The notes beneath the pieces were generated by a model. It had not been told where the DNA came from, did not search any database, and worked only from the letters and a program-made list of their open reading frames with translations. Shown here one piece after another: positions 48,781-58,147 of a DNA stretch of 64,000 nucleotides (position 1 is the stretch's first letter; each line of letters begins with the position of its first letter). The stretch spans positions 128,001 to 192,000 of the forward strand of contig JAWABJ010000001.1 of assembly GCA_038884755.1 (NCBI GenBank). The letters run 5' to 3'. Source of the stretch: Candidatus Norongarragalinales archaeon. Its GTDB lineage: Archaea; Micrarchaeota; Micrarchaeia; Norongarragalinales; Norongarragalinaceae. Made by a program: the position numbers and the translations under genes.

Positions 48781-49479
48781 ATGAAGGTTTTCAGCGAGGA
48801 CGAGAAGACTCTCGTGTTGGTTTCGGAAAAGGAAACTCCCGCGTTGTTGAACGCAATGCGCAGGGCGGTGATTTCCGAAATCCCAGCGATGGCAATCAGC
48901 GAAGTGGATTTTTACGAGAACAATTCCGCCTTGTTCAACGAGTATTTGGCGAACCGCATGGGCTTGATTCCCTTGAGCTGGGAGGAAGGTGTGGAAGACG
49001 ACGTGAAAATGTCATTTTCCTTGAACGCCGAGGCGGTCGAAGAGCCCAAGACCGTGTACAGCCGAGACCTGGTTTCTTCCGACGAGAAAATCAAGGTTTA
49101 TTCGGAAAACATTCCCATTGTAGTATTGAACAAGGGGCAAAAGTTGAGGCTGGAGGCTTTCGCGGTGAAAGGCACTGCGAAAACGCACGCGCGCTTCCAG
49201 AGTGCGTTGGCTTACTACGGGAAGGCAGGAGAGTTCAAGGCGGGAGAAAAGTGCAAGAAATGCTCTTCTCCCCTGGTTTCCTTTCCGGCAATAGCGGGAA
49301 AGAAAGACTTGCCAGAAAACAGCTTTCTCTGCGCCAATTGCTCCAAGCCAGATGGCGAGGGCAAAGAGTTTTTGTTTGTAGTCGAATCTTTCAACAACCT
49401 TTCGGCGAGAGAGCAGTACGAACGGGCGTTGAAAGTCATGGAGGAAAAAGCCAAGGCTTTGGAAAAAGAATTCAAGTGA
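48781..49479 (+). CDS. rpoD: RNA polymerase subunit D (Rpo3)
   Basis: NAMRRAVISEIP, RMGLIPL, HARFQ. Confidence 0.92.
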   Translation: MKVFSEDEKTLVLVSEKETPALLNAMRRAVISEIPAMAISEVDFYENNSALFNEYLANRMGLIPLSWEEGVEDDVKMSFSLNAEAVEEPKTVYSRDLVSSDEKIKVYSENIPIVVLNKGQKLRLEAFAVKGTAKTHARFQSALAYYGKAGEFKAGEKCKKCSSPLVSFPAIAGKKDLPENSFLCANCSKPDGEGKEFLFVVESFNNLSAREQYERALKVMEEKAKALEKEFK

Positions 49480-49483
49480 GCGC

Positions 49484-49735
49484 ATGAGGGCGAGGGTTTT
49501 TCCCAACGCAAAAGAGTTTTGCGTTTCGTTCGGCGAAGGCATTTTGAAAGTGCGCGTTTGCGCGCCGGCCGAAGGAGGCCGGGCGAACAAAGAGCTCGTG
49601 CGGATGCTTTCAAAGCTGCTTGGGGTGAAGGTCGAGGTCGTCCGCGGCTTGAAGTCGCGGGATAAAGAGATTTTGTTCGAGGATTTGAGCGAAAAAGAGG
49701 TTGTGGAAAAGGTTAATTCCCTCTCAAGCCAATAA
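49484..49735 (+). CDS. DUF167 (YggU-like) protein
   Basis: APAEGGRANKEL, GLKSRDK. Confidence 0.85.
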   Translation: MRARVFPNAKEFCVSFGEGILKVRVCAPAEGGRANKELVRMLSKLLGVKVEVVRGLKSRDKEILFEDLSEKEVVEKVNSLSSQ

Positions 49736-49747
49736 GTTTGGTTCTGA

Positions 49748-49832
49748 GCAGGGGTGGCAGAGCCTGGTCAAATGCGCTAGCTTGAGGTGCTAGTCTCTTA
49801 GGAGTTCGGGGGTTCAAATCCCTCCCCCTGCA
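49748..49832 (+). tRNA. tRNA-Leu(GAG), no intron
   Basis: Acceptor GCAGGGG/CCCCTGC; CTAGC TT GAG GT GCTAG; long variable arm. Confidence 0.94.
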
Positions 49833-49833
49833 T

Positions 49834-49875
49834 TGAATTTTTCTTTTAGAAAAAGAAAAATTCAGTAAAGAAAAA
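49834..49875 (+). repeat. element copy 8 (tRNA-Leu trailer)
   Basis: TGAATTTTTCTTTT-AGA-AAAAGAAAAATTCA-GT-AAAGAAAAA. Confidence 0.85.
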
Positions 49876-49905
49876 CGAAAATGTTCGAAAAGAGTTGGAA
49901 ACAAA

Positions 49906-50277
49906 ATGAAGAAATCCAAATTCAGAGGACCTGAAAGTTCCGAAGTCAAGGCGCTCGTTGCGTTTTTGGAAAAAACCGTGCGCAAGTCGCATTCGAGAGC
50001 GTGGGCCAGCGTAGCCTCGTTCATGCTGAAGCCCGCGCGCGTGAAGAAAGGCAAGGCGGTTAACTTGTACAAACTGGAAAAAATCGCGAAAGACGGGGAC
50101 GTGATAGTTATCCCGGGCGTTTTGCTTGGCGTGGGAGACTTAAAGAAGAAAATTACTGTTGCCGCATTCAAGGCAAGCGAGAGCGCGAGGGCCAAGCTCG
50201 GAAAAAATCTTGTTTCCATAAGGGCGCTGGCGGAGAAAAACCCAGAGGGAAAGAAAGTGAGGATAGTGATAGGCTGA
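49906..50277 (+). CDS. rpl18e: ribosomal protein eL18
   Basis: VNLYKL, VIPGVLLGVG, VAAFKAS; synteny. Confidence 0.9.
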   Translation: MKKSKFRGPESSEVKALVAFLEKTVRKSHSRAWASVASFMLKPARVKKGKAVNLYKLEKIAKDGDVIVIPGVLLGVGDLKKKITVAAFKASESARAKLGKNLVSIRALAEKNPEGKKVRIVIG

Positions 50278-50302
50278 TGTTTTTGAGGAAAGCGTGGTTT
50301 GA

Positions 50303-50725
50303 ATGATTGTGATAAACGGGGAGAAAGCGGTTTTCGGTCGCGTGCTGGCGTTTGCAGCCAAGAAGCTTCAGGAAGGAGAGGACGTGGTGGTCGTAAACGC
50401 GGAAAAGACGGTAATTTCCGGAAATCCAGAGCGGATAATAGCGCGTTATCACGCGAAGCGCGGGATATCCAACAAGGGCAATCCCGAGCACGCACCAAAA
50501 TTCCCGGTCCGCCCGGACTTGTTTTTGAAGTACATTTTAAGGGGAATGCTCCCGAAGAAAAAAGCTAGCGGGAAGAAGGCGAGGGAAAAGTTCAAGGCGT
50601 TTTTGGGAATGCCGAAGGAATTCGAAGGAAAGGCGCAAAAGTTTTACAAGACTTCCGAAGACTTGAGCGTAAGCTTCGTTTCGCTCGAGGAAATCTGCAA
50701 GAGGCTAGGCTGGAAGAGGGCTTGA
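50303..50725 (+). CDS. rpl13: ribosomal protein uL13
   Basis: VVNAEKTVISG, RGMLP. Confidence 0.93.
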   Translation: MIVINGEKAVFGRVLAFAAKKLQEGEDVVVVNAEKTVISGNPERIIARYHAKRGISNKGNPEHAPKFPVRPDLFLKYILRGMLPKKKASGKKAREKFKAFLGMPKEFEGKAQKFYKTSEDLSVSFVSLEEICKRLGWKRA

Positions 50726-50747
50726 CTGTTGGAACGGTGTGTTGAAA

Positions 50748-51194
50748 ATGGCTGAAGATGCGGTGAAAAAGGAAGCTAAACCCAAGAAAATTCGAAAGAA
50801 AAAGCAGGTCGTGGAAAGGGGCAAGCGAAAGGAAGCGATAGCCCGCGCTTCAATCAAGGCAGGAAAGGGCGTGATTCGCGTTAACGGAATAGCGCTTACT
50901 GCGTTTCCCAACCCTTACGCCAGGCAAATCATGGCCGAGCCGCTGTCTTTCTTGGACCAGCAGGATTTCGACATAGACGTTTCGGTCCGCGGCGGGGGAG
51001 TGATGGGGCAGGCGCAGGCAGTGCGCACCGCAATAGCAAGAGCAATCCTGGCGTTCAAGAAGGGCAGCGAAGAGCTGAAAAAAGCGTTCGTCGATTACGA
51101 CCGGTTTATTCTTGTCGAAGACGCGAGGCGCGTGGAGCCCAAGAAGTTCAAGGGGCCAAAGGCGCGCGCTCGCTTTACTAAATCATACCGTTAA
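50748..51194 (+). CDS. rps9: ribosomal protein uS9
   Basis: GKRKEAIARA, GGGVMGQAQA, KSYR. Confidence 0.95.
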   Translation: MAEDAVKKEAKPKKIRKKKQVVERGKRKEAIARASIKAGKGVIRVNGIALTAFPNPYARQIMAEPLSFLDQQDFDIDVSVRGGGVMGQAQAVRTAIARAILAFKKGSEELKKAFVDYDRFILVEDARRVEPKKFKGPKARARFTKSYR

Positions 51195-51212
51195 AATGGG
51201 GTGTTTGTGAAA

Positions 51213-51410
51213 ATGTTGATTCCCGTGCGTTGTTTTACTTGCGGCAAGCCAGTCGCCGAGTATTGGGAGTCTTTCGAAGAGCGCACTTCGAAAGGTGAGG
51301 ATGCAGGCAAGGTTTTAAGCGAATTGGGCTTGAACCGTTATTGCTGCAGGAGAATGTTCCTGGGGCAAGTGGACCTGATGGACGAAATCCTGCCCTACCA
51401 GAGGTTTTAA
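51213..51410 (+). CDS. rpoN: RNA polymerase subunit N (Rpo10)
   Basis: MLIPVRCFTCGK, RYCCRRM. Confidence 0.96.
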   Translation: MLIPVRCFTCGKPVAEYWESFEERTSKGEDAGKVLSELGLNRYCCRRMFLGQVDLMDEILPYQRF

Positions 51411-51439
51411 CTTTTTCTCGACACCCCATTAGTAGAGAT

Positions 51440-51512
51440 GGGGCTGTGGGGTAGCCTGGTATCCTGCATGGCTGGGGGCCATGCGACCTGAGTTCGAATC
51501 TCAGCAGCCCCA
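51440..51512 (+). tRNA. tRNA-Pro(GGG), no intron
   Basis: Acceptor GGGGCTG/CAGCCCC; CATGG CT GGG GG CCATG. Confidence 0.94.
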
Positions 51513-51546
51513 CTGTTTTTTTTTCATGCCACCTGAGGCTTCAAAA

Positions 51547-52794
51547 ATGGACAAAAAAAAGGCAATGCTCTGGATATTGTTTTCGGTCGTGTTTCTTGAT
51601 CTGCTGGGCTTCGGCTTGGTAATCCCTATTTTCGCGCCTTTGTTCATCAACCCTTCCTACGGACTGCTTCCTTTGGACTACTCTTACGAAACGCGCGCGG
51701 TTTTGCTCGGTTTGTTTCTCGGCTCTTACGCGATGATGATGTTCTTTTCCACTCCCATTCTCGGCGCGCTGTCGGACAAGCACGGCCGCAAGAAGCTCTT
51801 GATTTTTTCACTCGCGGGAACGGTAGTAGGGTATTTGATTATCGGCGCAGGCGTTTTTACTAAAAACGTTTGGCTGATGTTCGCAGGCCGCATTCTCGAC
51901 GGGATTACGGGCGGCAACATTTCAATCGCGCAAGCCGCTATCGCTGATTTGAGCGACGAGAAATCGAAAGCAAAAAACTTTGGTTTGATAGGCATGGCTT
52001 TCGGGCTGGGTTTCATCATCGGCCCGTTTTTGGGCGGAAAGCTTTCCGACCCGAACGTGGTTTCGTGGTTCAATACCGCGACGCCGTTCTGGTTTACCGC
52101 CGCGTTTTCCCTCTGCGCCTTGCTCTTGCTCGCATGGCGTTTTGAAGAGACTCTGGAGAAAAAGAACGAGCGCATCAAAATCGACGCTTTCACTGGCTTG
52201 CGCAACGTTGCGAAAGGCCTTGCCATGCGCAATTTGCGCGTGATGTTTGCGGTGCTTATGCTTTTTGCCTTCGGCTTCACTTTCTTCAACCAGTTTTTCC
52301 AAGTGTTTTTGATAAAACGCTTTTCATTCACTCCCGCGCAGATAGGAGATTTCTTCGCTTTCTTCGGGCTGTGCGCCGCATTAACGCAAGGCGTGATAGT
52401 GCGCTGGGTTTCCCCTCGCTTTCCTCCTGAATCCGTGCTTTCCAAAAGCCTGCTGGGCATTTCGTTGTGCATGGCCGCCACGCTGCTCGTTCCCCAAGCT
52501 TGGGGGTTGTACCTGCTCGTGCCTTTGCTTTCTGTCTTTCAAGGGCTTTCCTTCCCCAACACCACCGCCCTTATGTCCAACCTCGCTGGCAAAGAGTCGC
52601 AAGGCGAGATTCTCGGCATAAGCACTTCCATCCAGTCGCTGGGAATGGCTTTGCCGCCTCTGGTTGCAGGACTGATAGCTGCATTGGACTATACTTTCCC
52701 CGTGTTAGCTGCCAGTTTACTCATGCTTTTAGCTTGGGCGGTTTTCGTTTTTTCCTTCAAGCCTTCTTTGAAACAAGCGTTTCACGAAGCGTGA
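51547..52794 (+). CDS. MFS transporter (TetA/DHA1-like)
   Basis: GALSDKHGRK, GRILDGITGG, GFIIGPFLGG. Confidence 0.9.
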   Translation: MDKKKAMLWILFSVVFLDLLGFGLVIPIFAPLFINPSYGLLPLDYSYETRAVLLGLFLGSYAMMMFFSTPILGALSDKHGRKKLLIFSLAGTVVGYLIIGAGVFTKNVWLMFAGRILDGITGGNISIAQAAIADLSDEKSKAKNFGLIGMAFGLGFIIGPFLGGKLSDPNVVSWFNTATPFWFTAAFSLCALLLLAWRFEETLEKKNERIKIDAFTGLRNVAKGLAMRNLRVMFAVLMLFAFGFTFFNQFFQVFLIKRFSFTPAQIGDFFAFFGLCAALTQGVIVRWVSPRFPPESVLSKSLLGISLCMAATLLVPQAWGLYLLVPLLSVFQGLSFPNTTALMSNLAGKESQGEILGISTSIQSLGMALPPLVAGLIAALDYTFPVLAASLLMLLAWAVFVFSFKPSLKQAFHEA

Positions 52795-53714
52795 GTTTCG
52801 TCGTCAAGCTCTTTCTTCGACTTCCAAAAGAAGAATCCTATAACGGCGAAGGTGATTGCTCCCGAAGTCCACTCGGGAATGTGCATTCCGAAAGCGTTCA
52901 AAATCATTATGCAACCCAAGAAAAGCACGGAGTACATTGCGCCGTTCTTCAAGTACCCGTATTTCTTTACCCGTTCGATGTTGCTTATGGTCAACTGGCG
53001 CACGGCAATTGCTCCCAATCCGCTTCCGATTATTATCAATGGCACAGAGAAAGTGAATGCGAACGCTCCAAGCACCCCGTCGATGGAGAACGTTGCGTCT
53101 ATGACTTCCAAGTACATTATCTTGCTCCAGTCGCTCAAGTGCGTTCCTTCGTGCATTAATTCCCTTTCCTTCATTTCAGCGTTTTGTTTGAAGCCATGGG
53201 TAATGAAAAAAGCCGTCGAGCCCACGACCGCCCCGAAAGCCATCATGTCGTTCTTTTGGAGTGCAAACCACGTGAGTACCGTAAGCAGAATTGCGACTAC
53301 GGTGTAGAACCACACGCCCCTCTTGTAAATTGGCTCTTCCCAACTCATTCCGAACTTCTTTTTCTCGAGGAAAAGCCAGTTCAACCCCAGGAAAACCATG
53401 AACACTCCCGCCATCATTAGCAGCACGGGTTTGCTTTGTTCTATCTGTTCTGCAACCGCCGGGTCTTCGCTCAAGGTTGCGGTGAAAGAGCCTTGAATGC
53501 CGAGGGAAGGGTTTGAAACGAATATTATGAACCACGGCAGCAAGCCCCTGACCAGGAACACGGCGATGAGCATTCCCCAAAGCAAAAACCACCTTTTCGC
53601 CTTTTCGCTCATCGTGTTCAAAACGTGGGCGTTTATGACCGCGTTGTCCACGCTCAGGATTAGCTCGAATACCGCCAATCCCAAAACAGCTAGAACTGCG
53701 GAAAAAACATCCAC
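52782..53714 (-). CDS. DUF475/TerC-like membrane protein
   Basis: LSVDNAVINA, YLEVIDATFSIDGV, YLKNGA. Confidence 0.85.
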   Translation of the reverse strand: MDVFSAVLAVLGLAVFELILSVDNAVINAHVLNTMSEKAKRWFLLWGMLIAVFLVRGLLPWFIIFVSNPSLGIQGSFTATLSEDPAVAEQIEQSKPVLLMMAGVFMVFLGLNWLFLEKKKFGMSWEEPIYKRGVWFYTVVAILLTVLTWFALQKNDMMAFGAVVGSTAFFITHGFKQNAEMKERELMHEGTHLSDWSKIMYLEVIDATFSIDGVLGAFAFTFSVPLIIIGSGLGAIAVRQLTISNIERVKKYGYLKNGAMYSVLFLGCIMILNAFGMHIPEWTSGAITFAVIGFFFWKSKKELDDETHAS

Positions 53715-53803
53715 CTTGCAAACGCCCTTTTTTTCTTCCTGAAATTGAAAACTAGTTTCGAATTGCAAGGTTAATTAAGTTTTTCAAACCTTTTTCTATA
53801 ACT

Positions 53804-53985
53804 GCGGCGATGGTCTAGTGGTATGATCCGAGCCTTCCATTGAATTTTTCTTTTTTTTTACAAAAAAAGAAAAATTCAGTAAAGAAAAAACTTTCAGGAA
53901 AGCTTGAGGCCCGGGTTCGATAGGGGCGAAACTGCGTTTCTCCCTCTTCCTTTCGGAAAAGGTGCCGAAAATCCCGGTCGCCGCA
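53804..53985 (+). tRNA. tRNA-Gly(TCC) with introns at 37/38 (53840-53900) and 59/60 (53922-53971)
   Basis: Acceptor GCGGCGA/TCGCCGC; CGAGC CT TCC A|A GCTTG; BHB TTCG/CGAA. Confidence 0.9.
53841..53890 (+). repeat. element copy 9 (Gly 37/38 intron)
   Basis: TGAATTTTTCT9-AC-A7GAAAAATTCA-GT-AAAGAAAAAA. Confidence 0.85.
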
Positions 53986-53995
53986 CTTTTTTTTT

Positions 53996-54328
53996 TCAAA
54001 TCCTGTAAAACTGCAAGTGCGGTATTCCTTTTATTTTCTTTACGTTCGCTTTGTTGAAGCCCAGCGCCTTTTGCGCGGCTGCGACGGACTTTTCCCCGAC
54101 AATGTTGACGTTCTCGGCGTTGCGCAGCAATTCCACCGCCTGGATTTCGGTTACGGTGTAGCCTTCGTAGAAAGAACGGTATGCCTTGAGGTCGAGCGTC
54201 TTCTCTCCTTGAGTGAAGCATTTTCCCAAAAGCTCGGTGTCGCACAACGCGAGGATTTTCGTTTCAAAGCCGCGCGCCGAGCGCAAGTGGACGCGTGCGG
54301 TGATGCTGCTTTTCAAAGCGTTTCTCAC
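53996..54328 (-). CDS. DUF424 family protein
   Basis: LALCDTELLGK, FYEG, NIVGEKSV, IKGIPH. Confidence 0.85.
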   Translation of the reverse strand: MRNALKSSITARVHLRSARGFETKILALCDTELLGKCFTQGEKTLDLKAYRSFYEGYTVTEIQAVELLRNAENVNIVGEKSVAAAQKALGFNKANVKKIKGIPHLQFYRI

Positions 54329-54684
54329 TTTTTGCCGTACTTCTTGAAGTAATCTTCCAAAAGCTCTTTTACTTGGTCTATCGTGGCGAATTCCAAGGGG
54401 TTTATTTCTTCGAGCAGGGCCTTGAGCTCGCGCAGTTCCTGCCTGGTGGCGAACTTGCTTTCGTCTATTTGCGCCCCCCTTCCTCCTCCGCCTTCCCTCG
54501 CGACTTTCTCTACCTTCTCGTTCAACGTGATGAGCGTGCGGCCCATGATTTCCTCGTTTTTTTCCATGGTTTTTAGCTTTTGGGCTATGAGGTTTATCTT
54601 GGAATCGAGGGTCTGCAGTTCGGAATTAAATGCTTCCAGAACGTCCTGTGGTTTTGCGGGCCTTTGCGGCGGCATTGTCATCAA
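54325..54684 (-). CDS. hypothetical coiled-coil protein
   Basis: Heptad-like sequence, INPLEFAT; coupled to the DUF424 gene. Confidence 0.65.
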   Translation of the reverse strand: MMTMPPQRPAKPQDVLEAFNSELQTLDSKINLIAQKLKTMEKNEEIMGRTLITLNEKVEKVAREGGGGRGAQIDESKFATRQELRELKALLEEINPLEFATIDQVKELLEDYFKKYGKK

Positions 54685-54920
54685 TCCCCTTTTTGAGCGT
54701 GTTGGTCAAACCGTTTCACGCAGCCGGCTCTTAAATAGGTTTGCCGGCGCTCCCGCAAATATAATATAGACGTCGGCTATCCACGTCTAAAAGGACTGGT
54801 TTTAAAAGCCGACTTCTATAGCTGCAGAAATGCAATGCATTCGTCCGCTTGCTGAAGCAAACGGTTTTCTGCATTTCTGCATAAAACTCTTGGGCTGGTA
54901 GAAACTTAAGGTGGGTTTTT

Positions 54921-57371
54921 TTGAAGGGGGATAAAAACGGCGTATTGCGGGCTTTCCTGCTTGAAGTCGACCACGCTCTGGTCGAAGGCGAGAGCGCCGT
55001 GCGCCTCATGCTTAAGCTGGAAGACGGGCGCACTATACGCTTGTACGACTCTTTCGAGCCTTACTTTCTCGTAAAGCCTGCTGAAAAAAGCGAACTGCAA
55101 AAGTGCAAAGAAAACTTGGAGAAAATGCGCGCCTTCGGAAAATCCGGCGAAGTCAAGGCAAAGCGGGTGGAGGAAACGCAGCTTTCCTTCAGAAACCAAC
55201 GCTTGCAGTTGCTGAAAGTTTTCGCTTTCCGCGCGTCCGACGTGCCCTTGCTGCGCAAAGATGCTGAAAAGCACGGCGTTCCGTTCGAGTTCGACATTCC
55301 CTACACGCGGCGCTATCTTTTGGACAAGCGCCTTCGCCCTAACGCCTTGCATGAAGTGGCGCACGATGGGCTGAAAGTAAAGGCAATAAGGGTGTTGGAT
55401 TTGCAAGGTGAAACTCCGAAATTCCGCATGCTTTCTCTTGATATTGAAACTTACAATCCGGACTCGATGCCCAATGCAGAGAAAGACCCTGTTTTGATGA
55501 TCGGCTTTGACGGCGAAGCGAAAGGCGTTTTTTCGTTCAAGAAAAAGTTTTCTCGCGATTTTGTTAAGGCTTTCGCTTCCGAGAAGGAAATGATAGAGGC
55601 GTACTGCGCTTTGCTCAAGGAAAAGAAAATCGATTTGGTGTGCACTTACAACGGCGACCAGTTCGACTTGCCTTACTTGGACACCCGTTCGAAGCGCATA
55701 GGCGCTTCGTTGCGGTTGGGAAGGGACAAGACTCCTGTGAAAACCAAGCGCCTTGGCTTGCGGAATGTTTCTAAAATTTCCGGGAGGATTCACTACGACG
55801 TTTTTCCCGTCGCTTCGTTCTTGAATTTCATCGGCACGATCAAAGTGGAGCGCCTTACGCTGGAGGAAGTTTATGCGACGGTTCTGGGCGGAAAAAAGCT
55901 GGGCGTAAAAAAGGAAGAAATCCACAGGATTTGGGATTCCGGCTCGCAGAAAGAACTCGATTTTCTCGCGGAGTACTGCCTTACGGATGCGATAGCGTGC
56001 ATAGCGCTCACCAAACACTTCCTGCACTTACATATGGAATTGGGAAAGCTGGTGCAAATGCCGCTGTCGGAAGTTTCGCGCGCGACCGCGTCGCAATTGG
56101 TGGAAACGTACCTGCTGGGAAAGGCTTTTGCGCGCAACGAACTCGTTCCCAACAAACCTTCTTCCACCGACATTTACTCGCGGCAGTCGCCCGTGGAAGG
56201 CGCTTTCGTGAAAACTCCCGACGCGGGGCTGTACGAGAACATTGCGGTCCTGGATTTCCGTTCGCTGTACCCCTCCATAATAATTTCGCACAACATCGAC
56301 GCTACCACTTTCAACTGCGACTGCTGCGGGAAAGACGGCTTCGTTTCGCCGCAAGGGCACCGGTTTTGCAAAAAACGCAAGGGGATAATTCCGGAAATGC
56401 TCGAGGAGATTTTGAAGGAGCGCACGCGCATACGCTCTGAAATGAAAAAGCTCGAGCCTTCTTCGAAGGAATACAGGGCTTTGGATGCCAGGCAGTGGAG
56501 TTTAAAGATTCTTGCGAACAGCACTTACGGTTATTTGCTTTACGCACGCTCGCGGTGGTACTCCCGCGAGGGCGGGGAGGCGACTACCGCGTGGGGGAGG
56601 CACTACGTGCAGGACGTGCTGAAAAAGGCAGAAGAGTTCGGGCTCAAGCCTTTGTATGCCGATACGGATTCGGCGTTCTTGCTTTATGAAGACAAGAAGA
56701 AGGTGGTGGAGTTCCAGAAGAAAGTCAACTCTTCTCTTCCCGAAGCCATGCAGTTGGAGCTAGAGGGTTTTTACCCGCGCGGGATTTTCGTTTCCAGGAA
56801 AGTGAAGGGGGCGGAGGAGAAGGGTGCGAAGAAGAAGTACGCGCTTATCGGCGAGGACGGGAAAATCAAAATCCGGGGTTTCGAGCTTGTACGCAGGGAC
56901 TGGAGCAAAATCGCGCGGGAGACGCAGCGCAAGGTTTTGGAACTGATGCTGAAGGAAGGCAGCGTGGAAAATGCTGTCGCGCTGGTGAAAAACGTCTTGC
57001 TGGAGCTTAAGGCAGGGAAGGTTCCTCTTGAAGACTGTGTGATATACACTCAGCTTCGCAAGAGCGCTTCCTCGTACGAAGTGCTTTCGCCAGAATTGGG
57101 CGCGGTGGAGCATGCCCGGAAACAAGGGATTAGGGTTCCTGCCAACGCTGTCATTGGATATGTGGTCACGAAAGAAGGGAAGGAAGCGTCGAAAAGCAAG
57201 CAGAAGATTCACTTGCAGTCTAGGCTCGTCGAACTTGCGAAAGATTACGACGCCGACTATTACATAAACCACCAGGTTTTGCCTGCGGTGCTTCGTATTC
57301 TGGGTTCGTTGGGTTTCGACGAGGATTCCTTGAAAAACAAGGGAAAGCAGACTGGCTTGGGCTCGTGGTGA
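54921..57371 (+). CDS. polB: family B DNA polymerase
   Basis: Exonuclease DIET and YNGDQFD; DFRSLYPSII, KILANSTYGY, YADTDS; no intein seen. Confidence 0.96.
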   Translation: MKGDKNGVLRAFLLEVDHALVEGESAVRLMLKLEDGRTIRLYDSFEPYFLVKPAEKSELQKCKENLEKMRAFGKSGEVKAKRVEETQLSFRNQRLQLLKVFAFRASDVPLLRKDAEKHGVPFEFDIPYTRRYLLDKRLRPNALHEVAHDGLKVKAIRVLDLQGETPKFRMLSLDIETYNPDSMPNAEKDPVLMIGFDGEAKGVFSFKKKFSRDFVKAFASEKEMIEAYCALLKEKKIDLVCTYNGDQFDLPYLDTRSKRIGASLRLGRDKTPVKTKRLGLRNVSKISGRIHYDVFPVASFLNFIGTIKVERLTLEEVYATVLGGKKLGVKKEEIHRIWDSGSQKELDFLAEYCLTDAIACIALTKHFLHLHMELGKLVQMPLSEVSRATASQLVETYLLGKAFARNELVPNKPSSTDIYSRQSPVEGAFVKTPDAGLYENIAVLDFRSLYPSIIISHNIDATTFNCDCCGKDGFVSPQGHRFCKKRKGIIPEMLEEILKERTRIRSEMKKLEPSSKEYRALDARQWSLKILANSTYGYLLYARSRWYSREGGEATTAWGRHYVQDVLKKAEEFGLKPLYADTDSAFLLYEDKKKVVEFQKKVNSSLPEAMQLELEGFYPRGIFVSRKVKGAEEKGAKKKYALIGEDGKIKIRGFELVRRDWSKIARETQRKVLELMLKEGSVENAVALVKNVLLELKAGKVPLEDCVIYTQLRKSASSYEVLSPELGAVEHARKQGIRVPANAVIGYVVTKEGKEASKSKQKIHLQSRLVELAKDYDADYYINHQVLPAVLRILGSLGFDEDSLKNKGKQTGLGSW

Positions 57372-57424
57372 AAACCGAAAACCGTTTTAAATGCGCGCGC
57401 AGTAAGATTTTCAAGGGTTGTTTG

Positions 57425-57772
57425 ATGATAATAAGCAGGCAGGTTCTTTTGGTCATCGCCTTAGCCATGCTGGCAGTTTCGCTCGTGTTCTTAACTTGGG
57501 TTTTGCAACTCCCGTCCTATGCGCCGCAGGCTGTGGGGTACGTTCCTCCTGCCGTGGGTATAGTTTCGGTGGAAGTCGTGGCTACCGCAACGCCTTCGGC
57601 TACTGCAGACCCCGCGGTCGTGGACTTTTGCTCTTCCTATCCGAAAGACTTGCAGCAAGCTTGCGTTGACGGAATAACCGCCGGAGGGGGAAGAATTCCC
57701 GAAAGCTCGCAAGACTGCGAGCTCGTTCCAGAAGAACTGCGCGAAGAGTGCATGCGGAATTTCGCGGGCTAG
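57425..57772 (+). CDS. small N-anchored exported protein
   Basis: N-terminal TM, Ala/Thr/Pro linker, four Cys. Confidence 0.6.
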   Translation: MIISRQVLLVIALAMLAVSLVFLTWVLQLPSYAPQAVGYVPPAVGIVSVEVVATATPSATADPAVVDFCSSYPKDLQQACVDGITAGGGRIPESSQDCELVPEELREECMRNFAG

Positions 57773-57837
57773 GTGCTTTCACTCGCACGACGCTTTTAAA
57801 AACAAGTTTGAATCATTTTTTACCGGGGGGTTTAACA

Positions 57838-58059
57838 ATGTTGGAAAAACATTCGGTTTTGCTCGTGGCAATTGGCTTTCTGGCTTTGTCCGTAGCCTTC
57901 TTCGTTTGGGTTGCGTTTTTGCCTCCCGCTCCTTTGGTGCCAGTGAACAACCAAATTCCTCAAGCCGGGCGGGTTGAAGCCTACGTTTTGCCTCCCAGCC
58001 CGACGCCTTGGCAGGAGGCGCCTGCCACTCCGTCTCCGCCCGAAGAGGAGCAGGCTTAA
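57838..58059 (+). CDS. small N-anchored Pro-rich protein
   Basis: TM similar to the preceding gene (VLLV.I..LA.S..F..WV). Confidence 0.55.
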   Translation: MLEKHSVLLVAIGFLALSVAFFVWVAFLPPAPLVPVNNQIPQAGRVEAYVLPPSPTPWQEAPATPSPPEEEQA

Positions 58060-58147
58060 ACTCCCGTTGTTTCCCGCGCTTTTTGATTCGATCACGTTTG
58101 TATGCATAAAATGCCTTTCAATGTTTTTTTTTTGCGTGTGAAGAAAA

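Noticed and set aside
53743..53764. Imperfect palindrome AATTGAAAACTAGTTTCGAATT as an operator
   Set aside because: Single, AT-rich and mismatched, with no second copy noticed and no adjacent regulator.
54921..57371. Inteins or inactivation in polB (RNAP subunits also checked)
   Set aside because: Lengths are normal, catalytic motifs are contiguous and no intein boundaries were seen.
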